Numbered from the stretch's first letter, positions 21,243 through 33,587 are shown. The stretch: 64,000 nt of DNA from a virus (IMGVR_UViG_3300033463_000025:32001-96000), one strand, 5' to 3'. Made by a program: numbers and translations. Notes: a model not told the origin generated them from the letters alone.

Positions 21243-22028
21243 TCACATATCAAAAAACCTTACGCCTTTATATTCAACTACAAACTTTTGTGATTCATGC
21301 CACGAACTTGTTGTGTACATTGAATTATACATAACCAATATTCTGTGCGGCACAGCCAACCCGCCTAAGTCAAAGATATAATCAATAGCGTCGTAGCAGT
21401 CTTGATTAGGAGCGTATATAAATGAGTAACGGTCATATTGATAATCGTGGTACACCGATTCAAGAGAAGTGCCAGTATATATAATAGCATCCCTTAGAGC
21501 TTGAGCTTGCAAACAGCAGGCAATATAACCTTCGTTTCCGAACTCACGCATTATAATGTTAGCCGCCAACTCACGCTCAGAATCCGATAGTCTTACCGCT
21601 TGTGGTGCATATGTAAAATCTGGGTCGTCAATGTCAAGCAGGTAAACGCCTGTATATCTTAGATTTATACCATCGGGATTGTTTTCGGGAGTATCATATA
21701 ATAGATATTCTGTGCTGTCCTCATCAAAGTCTGGCGAAGCCACCTCATATTCAAACGGTTTTGTTTCAGCTATTGCTTCTGTAGGTTTTTCGGTTGGGGC
21801 AGTCGTAGGATGAATTGTTGGCTTTACTGTTTCTGCGATTGTTGGAGCTGTTGTTGCTTTCACAGTTGGAGCTACCGTTTGGTCGGATATTATTTCTACA
21901 CCAATCGTCATCGGCTGTTCATATATTGATTCATCTTCCGTTTTTATTGTAGTAATACAAACAAAGCAAGAAATAAATAGAATCAATATAAGCACAAGAA
22001 AGACTATACTTATAATTCGTTTTTTCAT
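21243..22028 (-). CDS. membrane-anchored protein with Pro/Thr linker and SleB/Hydrolase_2-like domain
   Basis: N-terminal TM, APT repeats, LAANIIMREFGNE...QY...FF. Confidence 0.55.
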   Translation of the reverse strand: MKKRIISIVFLVLILILFISCFVCITTIKTEDESIYEQPMTIGVEIISDQTVAPTVKATTAPTIAETVKPTIHPTTAPTEKPTEAIAETKPFEYEVASPDFDEDSTEYLLYDTPENNPDGINLRYTGVYLLDIDDPDFTYAPQAVRLSDSERELAANIIMREFGNEGYIACCLQAQALRDAIIYTGTSLESVYHDYQYDRYSFIYAPNQDCYDAIDYIFDLGGLAVPHRILVMYNSMYTTSSWHESQKFVVEYKGVRFFDM

Positions 22029-22510
22029 TATTCACCTCTCTTGCTTTGCCAACATATATATGGATAATCCTTTATGTCATCATATTCAAGGTCTTCCTGC
22101 CAAACGGAAATATTAGTTATTTCGTTTCCATCGTGAAAATACCCTTTGCCTTCATCAGGATAAAATATTTCATGTTCGCAGAAATAATCAACAGTCATTA
22201 CCTCATAATTATCATACTCCGCTTGTACTTGTTCGATAGGTTTAATCGGTTTCAATTCCTCAAACTCATAATTTGATGGGAGTATTGTTGCACAATTTGA
22301 CATACTGATTGTTTCTGTCTTTTTAGTACGAAGATTTGTAACATCAATATAACTTGAGTAAACACTGTTATGAGAAGACCTTGAGGTTAAGACTTTAACA
22401 TCAACTTGCAAAATTAAAATATCGCCAATTTGAATATCTTTAAAAGCCTTTGCATAACTCTTTCGCAAGATTTTTGTTATTTTAATTGTATTTTTAAGTC
22501 TTATTTTCAT
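22028..22510 (-). CDS. hypothetical protein
   Basis: ORF in operon. Confidence 0.55.
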   Translation of the reverse strand: MKIRLKNTIKITKILRKSYAKAFKDIQIGDILILQVDVKVLTSRSSHNSVYSSYIDVTNLRTKKTETISMSNCATILPSNYEFEELKPIKPIEQVQAEYDNYEVMTVDYFCEHEIFYPDEGKGYFHDGNEITNISVWQEDLEYDDIKDYPYICWQSKRGE

Positions 22511-23090
22511 TTTTCCTCCAGGGCAACAAATCCCTTATACTAAACTTTTTCTTTGTATTATGTTCTCTATAATAATTGTCAATCAATTTCGCTATACGTT
22601 CTGGCGGCAACATATATTTTCTATTAATAATCTGAACGGTAGTTTCTTTATCAATATCCGTAAACTGCCCTTCGTCTGATAAACTCCTGCGACAAGCCTC
22701 ATCAATATTATCGCCACGCTCTAACATTTTGATAAGCCTTTCCCTACGAGGAACATTAATATAGAATGAATATATCGTATTCTTCGGAAGTAATTTTGAA
22801 ATCTGCCGAAAACCACTTGGATTGAAAACGCCAACAGTATTTTCTGTATAGTCAGCTCGTGCAGAGCCGTAATGCCATCCTCTATAGCAAGTGGTTTCAA
22901 GAAAGAAATTCTCGGACATCTTTTCTGAAAACTCTTGTTCGGAAATAAAGTGATAATCTACACCATCAACTTCATTTTCTCTTGGTGGTCTTGTCGTATA
23001 AGAAACGAGTCTGTCATAGCCAAAGTCTTTAGCTAAAACTTTTTCAACCGTTGACTTCCCACTTGCAGACTCGCCAATAATAACAATCAT
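22494..23090 (-). CDS. gmk: guanylate kinase
   Basis: GESASGKST, SYTTRPPRENEVDGVDYHF, YRGWHYG. Confidence 0.93.
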   Translation of the reverse strand: MIVIIGESASGKSTVEKVLAKDFGYDRLVSYTTRPPRENEVDGVDYHFISEQEFSEKMSENFFLETTCYRGWHYGSARADYTENTVGVFNPSGFRQISKLLPKNTIYSFYINVPRRERLIKMLERGDNIDEACRRSLSDEGQFTDIDKETTVQIINRKYMLPPERIAKLIDNYYREHNTKKKFSIRDLLPWRKNENKT

Positions 23091-23338
23091 TCAACCATCC
23101 CCTCAAACATAAAATCAATATTTCTTGCAGAGGATGTATATTCTGTAGAAGATACACAGCTTGTCCTCCAACTAACATCCCTTGCAAGCAACTTATTATT
23201 TTTGTACACATCCATCTGTGTACCAAAACGTTTCAGCCACTTCTTATTAATACGCCTTTTCTTATGACGGCGACGTTGAACAACGCAAAATTCCAAAACA
23301 GATAATTCGTCTGGTATTTCTATTTCAAAATCAGCCAT
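23087..23338 (-). CDS. hypothetical basic protein
   Basis: RRHKKRRINKKWLKRFG motif. Confidence 0.55.
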   Translation of the reverse strand: MADFEIEIPDELSVLEFCVVQRRRHKKRRINKKWLKRFGTQMDVYKNNKLLARDVSWRTSCVSSTEYTSSARNIDFMFEGMVE

Positions 23339-24468
23339 TAGTGAGCCTCCAAATCAGCTTTATGAAGTATCATAATATCTTCATACATAGTTTTACCTAT
23401 GCGCTTCATATCACGAGTTTTTGATTTTTCACTCTGCGCCCACGATGTAAACGGCTTCATATGATAATAGATAAGATTGCAAATATAAAGACCGTCGTTC
23501 TTGTTTACGCCGAGGCTGGATAAATAAAACATAGCATCATAAGCCCCGACGTGATGGTGATTATAATAGTGATATTCGCCATCGTCTTTACCTTTGGCGT
23601 TTGTTCTCGATACAGTGAACGGCTTGCCAATATCATGCAAAAGCGCGGCAAGAGCAATCCTATCATATCTGTTGAGTTCACCAAGACCGCCATTAACAAT
23701 ACAGCCAGCGACTTTATCAACGTTTATCTTATCTTCTCTTACCTTTCCGTCATTATCTAAAATGTCAATTTTAACAGGATAATTAGACTTAACAAAGTCA
23801 TACGCCGCTTTACAGTGTTCGCCAAGAGAAAACTTGTGATGTGAATTATGTTGGTCAAATGAATCAAATCTTTCAAACAACGAAGACAAACTGTATTTAT
23901 TTGGAATTATTGAAGATTCGTTTTTGCCAACAATCTCAATTCGGTTAAAGCCTTCGGTGTACATCGGAGGACAATAACCTAACAAAACCTTGCGTAACTC
24001 TGTGGAATAAATTAACGATTCACTTAACGGAGAATTAACCAAAGCATCAAGATAATCTTCAGCAACAACAATACACATAGGAAAGCAGGTGATATTTGAT
24101 AACTCTTGAAGAAAACCAATACGAGCTGATTTCTTCATATGGTCGCCGTCATAAATAACGTGCTTTCCTTTACGTAACGCCATCTTAACTTCTTTCGGAT
24201 TTGAAAGAACAACAGTATTATCATCGTAAATGCTAAAATCATTTTCGTCATTAGTAAGCAGTTCATGTTCATAATAAAAATGAATTTGCTTAACAAACTC
24301 TGCTTTTGCAAGTGTCGGAAAACCAACAACCATACATACCGCAGGCGCACTATGCGTAGGTATGCCGTAATACACTTTATTCTTAGTTAAAACAAACATA
24401 AACAACCCCTCATCTTTTAAACGATGTGATATATTTATAAGCCTCGCGCCAATCATTAACTCTAACAA
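23338..24468 (-). CDS. kinase-like (degenerate P-loop) + HD phosphohydrolase fusion
   Basis: VGFPTLAK, VIYD, PPMYTEGF; HH...EHC, LLHDIGKP, HM, AD; true start probably near 24405. Confidence 0.75.
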   Translation of the reverse strand: MLELMIGARLINISHRLKDEGLFMFVLTKNKVYYGIPTHSAPAVCMVVGFPTLAKAEFVKQIHFYYEHELLTNDENDFSIYDDNTVVLSNPKEVKMALRKGKHVIYDGDHMKKSARIGFLQELSNITCFPMCIVVAEDYLDALVNSPLSESLIYSTELRKVLLGYCPPMYTEGFNRIEIVGKNESSIIPNKYSLSSLFERFDSFDQHNSHHKFSLGEHCKAAYDFVKSNYPVKIDILDNDGKVREDKINVDKVAGCIVNGGLGELNRYDRIALAALLHDIGKPFTVSRTNAKGKDDGEYHYYNHHHVGAYDAMFYLSSLGVNKNDGLYICNLIYYHMKPFTSWAQSEKSKTRDMKRIGKTMYEDIMILHKADLEAH

Positions 24469-24964
24469 TATCGCTTTTGGTTACATCAAAATCTCTATTA
24501 TGTGACATATCCATCAATATCTTATGCTTTTGATTTCCCATAAGGTTATGTGGAGCATCATCAATAATAAAGTCAGTTGCAATCAAAGACTTATTCGCCG
24601 TAACAATAATGTGCGACCAATCAATAAACGGAAACAACCTTTTTATAACTCGCTCGAATTTTGGTTTAACATTCCTATAATCTGTCGCTGTACAAAAATA
24701 AATATCATACTCAAGATTAATAAGTTTTTGCAGGTACTCAACAGCCATAGGTTTAGGCGTTATCCTGTCCCAAAACCATTCAACAGTTAAAGGCGAAAAA
24801 ACCTGTTGACGAGTTAGTGTTGGAAAGAACGAAGGCACATCCCACTTATCAATATCATTACAATTAACATTTGTACCGTACATTTGATTCAGCCAGTCAA
24901 TCCAATGAGGAAGAAGATATGTAGCGGTATCATCAATATCTACCGCAATCGTACATCTACTCAT
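24410..24964 (-). CDS. 5'(3')-deoxyribonucleotidase (NT5C, HAD family)
   Basis: AVDIDDT, FIIDDAPHNL, HNR. Confidence 0.88.
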   Translation of the reverse strand: MSRCTIAVDIDDTATYLLPHWIDWLNQMYGTNVNCNDIDKWDVPSFFPTLTRQQVFSPLTVEWFWDRITPKPMAVEYLQKLINLEYDIYFCTATDYRNVKPKFERVIKRLFPFIDWSHIIVTANKSLIATDFIIDDAPHNLMGNQKHKILMDMSHNRDFDVTKSDIVRVNDWREAYKYITSFKR

Positions 24965-25091
24965 TATCATCAGCCTCTTTATCTGTGTTGGACTTAGGTT
25001 CGATTTCATCATTCCTGCTATATGACAGAATTGCCATCATTGAAATGCCAATAAAGCCGCCAACTAATAAACCAATAAAAAATCCTAACAT
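24957..25091 (-). CDS. 44-aa membrane peptide (absent from the ORF track)
   Basis: MLGFFIGLLVGGFIGISMMAILS...; RBS GGGAG. Confidence 0.55.
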   Translation of the reverse strand: MLGFFIGLLVGGFIGISMMAILSYSRNDEIEPKSNTDKEADDNE

Positions 25092-25106
25092 TTCTTTCTC
25101 CCTAAT

Positions 25107-28100
25107 TTAATTATCAACTGTAATAATAATTACGTCTTTCCAATATTCTTGATACTTTGTGGCGGTATCTTCAACCAATCTATCAAACTCTTCGTCTGAT
25201 AAATCCTCATATTCGTCTCCCAAACAATAGGCGATATTTTCTTTGAAATCGTCCTCGTCCATCATAACTTCTTCGTTGGTGTATGGCGTTTCACAATCCA
25301 GTATCATGCCAACACTAAAACTAATTGACGAACAATAGGTGTAAGTATAATCAGGGCAAGAGGCATCATAACCTGCCATTACAACAATCGGATAATCAGG
25401 ATGTTTTGCAATAAGTTCTTTTAATTCATCTGTGCTTGTTGTTAAATTAAGCGGAAAGATTTTACGGGCTATCATAGTTTATTCCTCCGATTTGATTTTG
25501 CCAAACTCATAATCGAGTTCTTCATAGCCAATCTTAGAATATGTATCAATAAACCATTTTGGGTCACTACTTATTTCTTCTAATAGCTCATCAATACCCA
25601 TTTTGGTATATTCTTCTGTCAATAAAGCATTTTTGAAAATTGAAGCATAACCTTCCATGTCCTCGAAAACACCAACAGTAATCAGACTATTACGCAGTTT
25701 TGAAAGGTCTTTAACTTCCTTTGAAAACTTATTTAATAAGTCATATAAAAGTGATACGCTTATCCCGTTATTATTTTCACATTCGGTATCAATAAACAAG
25801 AAATTATTTGCTTCATCACAGACGAACCTACAACGCTGGCGAAACGACCAATATGGATATTCACATCTTCTATCTTCAGTCACATAATTACATTGATACC
25901 GTTCTATATATTCATAGAATAAGTTATAAGTTAATCCGTCAATTTTAATTTTGTTAATATCTATCAATTTACAATCACCTCATCCTCAAACTCATCCATA
26001 AACATTCCCCACTTTGTATCTAATGTTCTGCCGTTAATTTCTATAAAGTCAGGATGTGTAATCTCAATCTCATTAAATAGTACATTACACATAAATCCAG
26101 GACGGTCTAACGATTTGCAAAATACCATTCTCCCTCTGGAACTAAAAGATAGAATTTGTATTTTTTCACCATCTTTAAAATCCAAAATGGTAGGGATGCG
26201 CTGAGGTGGCAAATGATATATACCAAAGCAATTTTTCATATCATTCAAATCCTTTTTGCCCAAAATGTTGATATATCTGAGCTTTATCAGCCAGTGTTAT
26301 TTTATAATATACTGTACGGTTGTTAAAATCTAATAACCAGAACGAATCTGGTGCTTGCGTGGAGGCAATAACAACTTTAGGCGTTACACCCTTATGATAT
26401 GAAACATCAAAGTTATTATATATATGCAAATCTTTAGGAGCGCCATCCTCGTCATAGTATTGCACACTTAGCTCAATGTTATTTTTATTACTAATGTAAA
26501 CATAGTAGCTTTTGTCATCTACTATATATGGAGTGAGTTCATATGTTTCTTCAGTAGTAGAGTACACACTATTAATACTGTAAAATATTCCGCTAATTGC
26601 CAACATAATCAGAATTGATACAGTTGCGCCGCCCAAAGCTCCAGCTAAAAAACCAAAACCTCTTTCTCCTTGTTCGTTAAAGAAGAATGTCATAAAAATA
26701 ATTGCAGAAGCGATTGCACATACAGTCACAATTACCCACATAGTTTTTTGTTCGACCTCCCACTCATTGAATATGCCAAATGTATCTTTTTTTAATCCTT
26801 ATGTTTATTTATTTTGAAACAACTCATATGGTATATCATCGTATGGAGAAATAATTGCAACAACATTCTCATCACCATTTTCGTTTTTACTTTCTAACTT
26901 TGTATAGTTGCCACGAATTTGTGACAATTTTATGTTTGCTATTTGAGTAAACGGTTCTATTGTGTTTTTATCAACTCTAATCATTTCAAGACCGCACTCA
27001 TTAACTCCACCGCAAAACCCACCTGGCATATAATTGTTGCGGACAATATAATAAATCCAATCGTTGGGATTACTATACCACGGCTTATCTATCACGATAT
27101 ATCCAACCACATAATCATTATCCTTGATTGAACGTGCCATATATGTATAATCTTCCTGTTTATTATCTTTATCATATTCTAAAACCAAAGTAACCATTTC
27201 TGTAGCCATATCTTATCTCCTATAAATATTGTTATTATTCAAGATTAAAAACATGGATAGTATCATTTTCAATAAGGGATTCTCCAAAATACAATCGACG
27301 CAAATAAAAATGATTATCACATAAAAACCATTTAATTCGGTTATCATCATCGGGTTCTGAAAAAAGAATATCTCCATCGAATCCTCGATAAAAGTTACGA
27401 TTATTCTTACTCAATATTAAACCTTTATCTGAAAATTCAACACCAAATAATATATCAAAATCATTTGATGATTTACCTTCGTATTTTGAAACACAAAGCA
27501 AGCACTCTTTTTCATATATATGTTTTGCACACATATCTTCATTGTGGTATTTCTTGTAATAACAATACTGATTACATTGAGATAAAGCGATACAATTATC
27601 ACAAGTTATTTTCCTATTTTGAATTTGATTTAATATTTCATTAATACGTTTTCTTTTATAAACCTCTTTTATCGGCATACAATTTCACCACAAAATCTTT
27701 TAACCATTTATTATTCTACAACTTCACTTTTGAGATAATCTTTCCAACAATCAAAGCAAGGGAGCGTAAACCTTCCTCTGACGTTAATAAAGCCTTTCTC
27801 AATACGTTCTACAGGACATCCACGTTCATCATGGCATACTTGATGAAAAGCTCTATCTGCGGCATAATCTTCAACAGTCATATTTTGTATGATTTTTTCA
27901 AAGTTAGTCACGATATATACTCCTTATGAAATACCAATTTCATTATCTTAATTACCAATACTGATTGTCTATATAGTCTTTACAATTATAGGCATCAGTC
28001 ATATTATCAAAACCTTCATCTGTAATGTTACACGCTCCGCAATATCCATAACAATTTCGACTTGCCATTATATATTTCTTTACGCCTTCATATTCTGCAT

Positions 28101-28953
28101 ATGTGAGCTTTACGAGAAATGTACCAGAATCCTCTGCACACATAACTCCACCATACCACTTAGAAACGTGCGGTGCATTTTCAATAGAATCAAGAAGAGA
28201 CTGATAGTCTTCAAGCCACTGACGTAGTTGCTTATGTTCTTGACCACATTTAGTACAATCTTCTTTTTCTCGACAATGTTGTATTGCTTCATTAAGAGTC
28301 ATCATAATATTCACCAATACCTATTTAATATTATCATCATACCGTTTAAGAGTACCATCTGAGTTATACAAAGGACATACGCTTATTCCAACCCCACCAC
28401 ACGTTGAGGCTGAATTGTAAACACATAGATATAAGATGCCCGAATCATTATCCATAAAAGTATCAAAACTAAACGCACCATGTTCCTCTTGAGCTACTAT
28501 TGTGTATGTATCTGTTATCGCTTGATTTTGATTTTTAGCCGCATCAACAGTACACGCGGATAAAACAAAAATAAACAGTATCAAAAATCCTATAGCTATA
28601 ATTATTGATAATCTTTGGTTTGAATTAAAACATTCTTTCATATTTTAAGCCTCTATTTATTGCAACAGTTTCATATCTCGCTCATCGTTTTGATGTGCTA
28701 AATCAGAAATGGTTATATAAGCAATATCGTGTTCGTTATTCCCAAACCGAATGATAGCATCATCTGATTTAAAACCAATGATTTTGCCACGCCTGCCGAC
28801 AAAAGAAAATGCAAATGTGCGTTCGGAATTTTTAACAACGGTAACTTTATCACCAATTTTAAATGCACTTTGCCATTCAGCTTTTTCTTTTCTTAATCTT
28901 TCAAACATTGTTTTCCCTCTCAAACACTTCAAAATAAAACTCAAATAGTTCAA
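25107..28953 (-). other. run of about ten small hypothetical genes, incl. membrane protein 26241-26741 and lipoprotein-like 28321-28641
   Basis: packed minus-strand ORFs; LSAC lipobox in 28321-28641. Confidence 0.55.
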
Positions 28954-29311
28954 CAGGCGTTTCGTGGACTTCTATCAAACCATAGCGTTCTCCAATTCCA
29001 AACGTTTTTCTATCTCGCCTAAGTTTAAAAGGAATAGATGTAATGACTTTACGAAACGTATCTATATCATAAGTATCTTTGTACCTATTACAACTTCTAC
29101 AAGAAGGCATTAGGTTATCAAACGTATCAGGTAATTTGTTTTGAAGTTCAGGCTTGACTTCAAAATGATAGACAGGAATTAGGTGGTCAACTTCCATTTC
29201 ATCAAAAGCTATCTCGCATCCGCAATAAGCACAATGACCATGATACTTGTTATATATAGTTACACGTTGTTTTGGCGTTGGTTTGTGACGATTAATCTTT
29301 CGTTGGAACAT
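28901..29311 (-). CDS. HNH endonuclease
   Basis: CAYCG, EVDHLIP, NLMPSCRSCN. Confidence 0.9.
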   Translation of the reverse strand: MFQRKINRHKPTPKQRVTIYNKYHGHCAYCGCEIAFDEMEVDHLIPVYHFEVKPELQNKLPDTFDNLMPSCRSCNRYKDTYDIDTFRKVITSIPFKLRRDRKTFGIGERYGLIEVHETPVELFEFYFEVFERENNV

Positions 29312-29383
29312 CTTAATCCTCTAATTCATCAATACAGCTTTGTGGTTTAAGCCCTGGTGATAAATCAAAAACATTTTTCATCT

Positions 29384-31565
29384 TTATTCAACACCTAATC
29401 TTTTCTTTAACGATTGTAATTCCGATTCAATCTGTTTGAGCCTTTTATTATTATGTGCAATCCTATCTTTCTTTCTGTTAATCTCGATTATTTCACAAGC
29501 TATTTTTGCAAAATCCACTTCATATGAACAATGACGTAACGATTCTTCCAACAGATGTAATGAATATTTTTCCCAATTTGCGTTCTCGCAACTTCTCCAA
29601 CGATACACTACCTCAAGGCAAAAATTATTTGACATATGTTCGGCAAGATGTTTGACATACTTATTAAACTCTGGCGTTTCTGGCATAAGTTTTGCATTGT
29701 TCAATTCTTCAAGCTCACTGTTTATATTATCTCTTTCAGTTTGCAATTCGCGGATTTTAGACAGAGCTGAATGTTCAAAAGGTTGAACGCAATCAACTGG
29801 ATTTCTCGGTACTTCTACAATCACTGGTAATGTATCTTCTTTTTCCTTCTCCTTCTTCTTCTGTAACCAATTAAACATTAAATAGCCTCCAACTCTTTAA
29901 GGATTGTTTCTCTATCAATATCGGCAAATTTCACAGACGGAGCAATATACATCCAATTACAGACAATCTCTCCACTCATTTTTCGCATCCACATTACAAA
30001 CTTGCCAAGAAATGGTGAATGTGTATATTGATTATTAAACTTAGAAATAAACTCTTTCATTTGTGACGTTGAAACATTATCTGCAAAAATTACATAAAAG
30101 TCTGACTTCCCGTGTCCACAACACGAATAGGCGGTTTCCAGTCCACAGGAATTAAATACATCACAAATCGGAATACACTCTTTATCCATTCTACTTGGAT
30201 ATTCAAAGTGTTTTAAATGAAAATTATCTTTCATTTTCTTTAACCTCACTACTAAGCCATTCATTCCAACATCGTCTACACGCTCTCTTTTTATCTAAAT
30301 AACCGCCATCTTCCCAATAGCAATTAATCATGTCCTCATTAGTTGGACATGAACGAGCAAGTATATCAATTAAATCAAATGGTCTCATAGACATAATCTT
30401 TTGATAATTATTCATAACATCAACCCCTACCAATTCCACTCGTCAATCACAAAGTCATTATCATAAAGACCATAGCATTTAAGCTCTAATAAATGTTTCT
30501 TTTCATCTTTTAATGCAAAAATCATATAATCTGCCTTTCTAATGCTGTCCATCGTATCATAGAAATCAGTCATTATTTTATGACACATTTGATAATCAAT
30601 GTCGATTGTTCTGTTGATTATATCTAAGTAGTTGTATTCGCTAAGTTTATCCATAAGAATAAGAACTTTTTGATATTTAGCTCTTATATCTTCACGCATT
30701 ATTTTTAAAGATTTTTCTAATGCTTGAATTTTATAATCTATCTCTTGCAAACGATTATCGTAATCAAATTTACACATATTCTTAGGTATATTATTATTTT
30801 TTAAAACATCATTTTACATTATAAAAATCATTTGTTATCTCTGTAACATTCTTAAATATAAACCAATCATCAAACGGATTCTTTGATATTAACACTATTT
30901 CTTTTACACCAATGTCAAAGCAATACTCCATTAACTTTCCTATTGAATCATACTCTTTCTCTGATTCAACGATAGTTTTATATAGTTTCCCATGATGTGC
31001 TATTATCGAATCGTTTTTGCTTATCTGATGGCTTGAAATGACTAAACTTCCATCATATGTGAAATACAAATAAGATTTACGATTTCCAAATTTTCCCAAA
31101 ATTGTAAATTTTTCATTTCGAGGTATTACTCTTAAATAGCAATTTCTTTTTGAATCAAACATCTTCTTCTACCTCTTTACAATATCTATATTCGGCAACT
31201 AAATCCTGTGCAATTTTGGCGGCGTGGTCTTCATCTTTAGCCATAACATAAACACCGTATCTACCATTTTTATAACGCTCAACTTCATTAAACACTGATA
31301 CATAATCACCAGTATAATAATCATCCACATAGTCAAAATGACCCTGTGCATCAAAAGCAACAGAATAAACTTTACAACCGCTATTTGCTAAATCTGCTTC
31401 GGTAGTGAATTTATCGGTATCATACACCTGTATTCTTGCTCTGGTGCTTTCAAAACTGTCATCGGTAAATAACTTTCGCAATCCTTCAGCTTTAACTTCA
31501 TCAGTAGCTACAGCGCAAATGTGGTAATCAGAATAGCAACCCTGCGTAATGACATATACTTTCAT
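29384..31565 (-). other. six hypothetical genes
   Basis: packed minus-strand ORFs; SCCGH motif in 29878-30264. Confidence 0.55.
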
Positions 31566-31678
31566 GGTTATAGCTCGCTTTCGTTTGTCTATTGTATTAT
31601 GTTATAAAATATAGAAAAAGGTAGGTTACTCGTTATACCATCAATATAGTTTTCACCTACCGTTTTCTTACACTATTG

Positions 31679-31707
31679 ATTATACTATATTTTACAGCGT
31701 TTGTCAA
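31679..31707 (-). promoter_or_regulatory. consensus sigmaA promoter
   Basis: TTGACA-N17-TATAAT. Confidence 0.85.
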
Positions 31708-31736
31708 TAGTTCTATAATATTATATTGTAATTATT

Positions 31737-33044
31737 TTATACAACCTGAGTCACAGTATCAAACGCTTCTATACCGACGCTCTCAACCACGGTGTCAATT
31801 AATTCAAGAAGCACATCTTTCTCATTTGGCGTATCGTCATACATAACGCAATTCAAAAGATATTTCAAAGCGTTCCCTATTTGTTCACCTTCAAAGCCTT
31901 TTTCTTTCAGCTCTTCCCCACTGACAGCAAGCGCATCAATCGTATGAGGATTATTCATCTCGCCCAAAAGATGCTCTACAATACAGCCAGCGAACGCCAT
32001 AAACAAAGCGGCATCGGTTTCAACCTGTGACATACAGTAGATAGAAGTTGCAAGTTGATAAACCATTTCTTGACTATCTGTTTCACTTAGGAGCTGACGC
32101 ACATAATACTTCGGGTTAGGATTAGCATTATAATCCCATATTGTTTGTACAGAATTGACAATCCAATCAACAGCCTTAATATCCTTATTGCTAAACTTTA
32201 ACCTTTTAAGGACAGCCTTCGTCTTCTGTGGGTCTTTGAAATTAAAGAGAATAGCAAGTTTACTGTGAAGCATCAACTTATCTCTTGATATTCTTTTTAG
32301 TCCCTCATTAATACGAAGGTAGCTATATCCTCCATCTTTAAATTCGGGAATAATCGGTTCTAAAACATATAACAACTCATCTTTCTTAGTGATAAACCCG
32401 TTTAAAGTCTTGACAAGTTCATCGTGAATACGCTCCACAGCTATATTCTTTAATAAATCCCTCTTAGCACAAAGCGTTTCATATGTGCTTGGTTCAATCC
32501 AAAAGTCAAGATTATTAGCAAAACGAACAGCTCTAATTATTCTAAGAGCGTCTTCCTCAAATCTCTCTTCGGGATTGCCGACACAACGGATTAGCTTTTT
32601 CTTAATATCTCTTTTACCACCATAAGGGTCAACGAATCCATCAACAGGGCTATAAGCCATAGCATTAATAGTGAAGTCACGCCTTACTAAGTCAAGATTA
32701 ATGTCATCAGTAAATACTACATCGTCTGGCTGACGGTTGTTAGAATATTTACCATCCATTCTATAAGTAGTAACCTCATACATAACGCCATCGAAAACCA
32801 CGCCGATAGTACCAAAGTTTTCTCCGTGGCTGGTGACTTTATAATCGTCGCTAAATAACGCCTTAGTTTCTTCGGGCTTCATGCTGGTACAAATATCCCA
32901 ATCGTGAGGCTTCATTTGTCTTAGTGTATCACGCACACAACCTCCGACCACATAAGCGGTATGCCCTGCTTCGTAAATCTTATTTATGATTGTTTCAACC
33001 GCTTCTGGCAGTTGAATATAAAACTTCTTTACATTCGCTTTCAT
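31737..33044 (-). CDS. cca: CCA-adding tRNA nucleotidyltransferase
   Basis: VGGCVRD, DWD, EVTTYR, DLVRRDFTINAMA, RFEEDALRIIRAVRF. Confidence 0.93.
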   Translation of the reverse strand: MKANVKKFYIQLPEAVETIINKIYEAGHTAYVVGGCVRDTLRQMKPHDWDICTSMKPEETKALFSDDYKVTSHGENFGTIGVVFDGVMYEVTTYRMDGKYSNNRQPDDVVFTDDINLDLVRRDFTINAMAYSPVDGFVDPYGGKRDIKKKLIRCVGNPEERFEEDALRIIRAVRFANNLDFWIEPSTYETLCAKRDLLKNIAVERIHDELVKTLNGFITKKDELLYVLEPIIPEFKDGGYSYLRINEGLKRISRDKLMLHSKLAILFNFKDPQKTKAVLKRLKFSNKDIKAVDWIVNSVQTIWDYNANPNPKYYVRQLLSETDSQEMVYQLATSIYCMSQVETDAALFMAFAGCIVEHLLGEMNNPHTIDALAVSGEELKEKGFEGEQIGNALKYLLNCVMYDDTPNEKDVLLELIDTVVESVGIEAFDTVTQVV

Positions 33045-33045
33045 A

Positions 33046-33315
33046 TTATTCTAACACAAATCCTTCCTCATCAGTAATAGCCCAACGTACATTCTCATCT
33101 TCGTTATACTCTATGTATGCACCATACTTATCGTATTCGATTTTGCCACAGACTATAAACTTTGATGTGTCATAGTTCTGGGTAATAAACTTTTCATATA
33201 TTTCCAACAAAAAAGCCTTTCGTAACTCATTCTTCGCTTCGTCAATATCCTTACATTCAATCGTGCTATTATCTTCATCGCCTAAACAGTTTTCAAAACG
33301 CATTAAACAAATCAT
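33046..33315 (-). CDS. hypothetical protein
   Basis: RBS AAGGAG. Confidence 0.55.
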   Translation of the reverse strand: MICLMRFENCLGDEDNSTIECKDIDEAKNELRKAFLLEIYEKFITQNYDTSKFIVCGKIEYDKYGAYIEYNEDENVRWAITDEEGFVLE

Positions 33316-33419
33316 TCTTTTCTTCTCCTTACAAATTCATAATATTCATTTATTCAAATCCACATCATAAATAACATTACATTAGCTTGACAACACCTCG
33401 ATTAACGTGTTAATATAAT

Positions 33420-33520
33420 AAGCGAGATGGGGCTACCCATAGAGTAACCCTATTCACTTATAACTGTAATGTAGTTCTCTCCCGCCAAGTTGATTGCTAC
33501 ATTACAGTTATTCTTTTTGT
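33420..33520 (+). ncRNA. putative ~100-nt antisense sRNA
   Basis: plus-strand TTGACA-N18-TAATAT (33387-33416), 15-bp stem 33460-33474/33497-33511 + U run; converges on a minus-strand promoter. Confidence 0.55.
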
Positions 33521-33531
33521 CTACACTAATT

Positions 33532-33560
33532 ATTGTAACATCGAAATGTGGACTTGTCAA
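33532..33560 (-). promoter_or_regulatory. sigmaA promoter upstream of the cca operon
   Basis: TTGACA-N17-TACAAT with extended TG. Confidence 0.8.
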
Positions 33561-33587
33561 CAGAAAATTAGAATATTTGTTCTAACT

